NCBI GenBank assembly: GCA_963514005.1
Contig: OY740797.1
Span: forward strand, 23,250,001-23,314,000
Reading direction: 5' to 3'
DNA: 64,000 nucleotides
Source: Raja brachyura
Lineage: Eukaryota
Shown piece after piece: positions 62,172-64,000 of this stretch; the stretch's first letter is position 1, and each line of letters starts with the position of its first letter. The translations under genes and the position numbers were made by a program. A model generated the notes under the pieces. That model was not told the DNA's origin. It worked only from the letters and a program-made list of their open reading frames with translations, and ran no database searches.

Positions 62172-63020
62172 AGCCCCTGTCCCACTTTCACAACCTAATT
62201 GGCGACCTCTGCCGAGTTTGCCCTTGACTCATACTCGCAGCATGGTCGCCACGAGGTCGTTGGAGGTCTTCCTCATGCTCGTGAATGGTCTTCACGTACT
62301 CGTGGCATCAAGTAGGTTGCGGCGTTTTTTTCTAGCCTGATAAAAAATGTGCACGAGTAAAAAAAAAGGTTGGCATGGGAAAAAACAATGCTTTTTACTC
62401 GTAGGTAGGTCGTAGTAGGTCGGGATGCTAGTCGTAGGTAGTCATAAGTGGCCGGAGGCAGTCGAAGGTAATAGCTCTGGGGTGAAAAAAAGGTCAGTAG
62501 AAAAAAAAGGTTATTTAAACAGCAGAGCGTCACCTCTGTCACTCCAAATCATGTTCATTCATAGCTGGAGAATTTTTTGGAGAGGAGATGTGTTTTAGAG
62601 ATGGCACCAAAAAGGCAGCAGCGCAGGGGGAGGGCACAACCCTAAAGAAAATGGCCATGCAGGTGTTGCCCACCCAGGAGGAGGAGTGGCAGGAGGTGAT
62701 GCCACAGGAGGTGATAGTGCAGGAGGAGGTAGCCCTGCATGAGAGACCCCTGGAGCAGGAGACCAGGGTGGTAGTATATGTCCCCACCACCACCCCATCC
62801 TTCACTGGCTCATTTGAAGGCAGCAAAGCAGCCCTTTCTCTTGTGTCTGACACTGCATCAGAGGCAGATGCCCCATTGATGGTGAGGGAGGGCTGGAGGA
62901 AGGTTATGACCTTCACCTTCACCAGGCAGCAGGAGGGGGACTTTGAGGAATGGTTCCAGTAGAATGCCATCCTGTAAGAAAAGGAAAATGAGGGGTACAG
63001 GGACAAGAATGGCAATGCTT
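62172..63020 (+). mobile_element. PIF/Harbinger-like element end with decayed MADF/Myb-like ORF
   Basis: tta|agcccctgtcccact terminus typical of vertebrate Harbinger elements; gtcgtagg repeats; frame 62588+ reads FTRQQEGDFEEWFQ*NAIL*EKENEGYRDKN, resembling a MADF N-terminus. Confidence 0.55.
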
Positions 63021-63094
63021 GCCATCCACTGCCCCACATGTGTGATTTGGGTTATGCAGTATGGTTTAACAGTCAAATGACTGATGGGATGATG

Positions 63095-64000
63095 TTAATT
63101 TTCTTAAACCCAGAGGTCTTGATTCTCAGGCTCCTGCACTACCTTCACGATGGTAGCAGGAAGATGAGAACATAGCCAGGGTGTGCAGGTTTTTGATGAT
63201 ATTAGCTGTCTTTTTGAGGCAATGTTTCCCATTGATTCGTATGATGGTGAGGAGGTCAATAACCATGATGGACCGACTGAGCAACATCCACTACTTTCTG
63301 CAGCCTTCTTTGTTCCTGGATGTTCAAGTTATGAACCAGGCCATACTGCAACCAGTCAATATGCTCTCTGCTGTACACCTGTACGACAATGTATAGACTT
63401 TCCTCTTCTGGGGTATTAGTGGTATTGATGAGTTTTATTTGTGATTGAATCAATGTGCTGGGCCCAGGACAGATCTCCAGAGATACTCAAACCCGGGAAC
63501 TTGAAGCTGTTGACTCTCTCCACCACCATCCAGCCCATTAAGCCAGTTTCTTAGATCCGCTGCTTTCTTTACTGAAGACAATCAGCTCCTTGATCTTGCC
63601 AATTTGAAAGCAAGATTGTCTTTCTGGCACCATTCAATCAGATTATCAATTTCCCTACTGTGCTCTGACTCAATATTACCTGTTAGTCATCCATCAACGG
63701 GGGAGTCATCTGTGATTTTTAAAATGGCGTAGGATTTATGGACAGCTATGTAGTCATGGGTATAAGGAGATTAGAACAGGGGTCAGAGCACACAGCCTTG
63801 GGTTAAGGTTGTAGTATGGTAATTAGAGAAAATGTAGTTGCCAATTCATACTGATTGAGTTCCTCCAATGAGGAAGTCAAAGATCCAATTTGCATAGGGA
63901 CAAGCAGAGACCCAGTTCGTGGAGTTTGATGATACATTTAGAGGTGATGACTGTGTTGAATGCTGAACTGCAGTCAATGAACAAAAGTGTGGTGAATGTA
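63095..64000 (-). mobile_element. Decayed Rex1/Babar LINE RT region
   Basis: QRRLQKVVDVAQS, RT motif fidcssaf(n)t near 63950-63990 on the minus strand; stops. Confidence 0.85.

Noticed and set aside
1-64000. CRISPR arrays, operons or other prokaryotic systems
   Set aside because: Sequence is vertebrate intronic DNA; no regularly spaced repeat-spacer array or gene-dense region seen.

Overview
Vertebrate genomic DNA, most likely from a cartilaginous fish (skate/ray-like; inferred only from the repeat families present). It is mostly intron. The one host coding feature I can support is the first coding exon of a beta-galactoside alpha-2,3-sialyltransferase of the ST3GAL2 type (CDS 41648-41986, + strand, GT donor at 41987), probably with a ~0.95 kb 5'-UTR portion in the same exon and possibly a small upstream non-coding exon (12960-13012). 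The rest is a dense mosaic of decayed mobile DNA: CR1, L1, Tx1 and Rex1/Babar LINEs, Penelope-like elements (RT thumb, GIY-YIG, terminal repeats with minimal hammerhead-ribozyme-like cores), V-SINE and DeuSINE remnants, a Helitron 3' end, hAT-like and Harbinger-like DNA elements, and four assembly gaps. The most unusual item is a ~730-bp LTR-like insertion (39043-39771) carrying a complete tRNA-Asp copy with encoded CCA and starting with a second tRNA-Asp 3'-end/PBS-like motif. Also notable is a composite hAT-like element present in two inverted copies that bracket the sialyltransferase exon. Repeat boundaries are by eye and approximate unless TSDs/TIRs are quoted.
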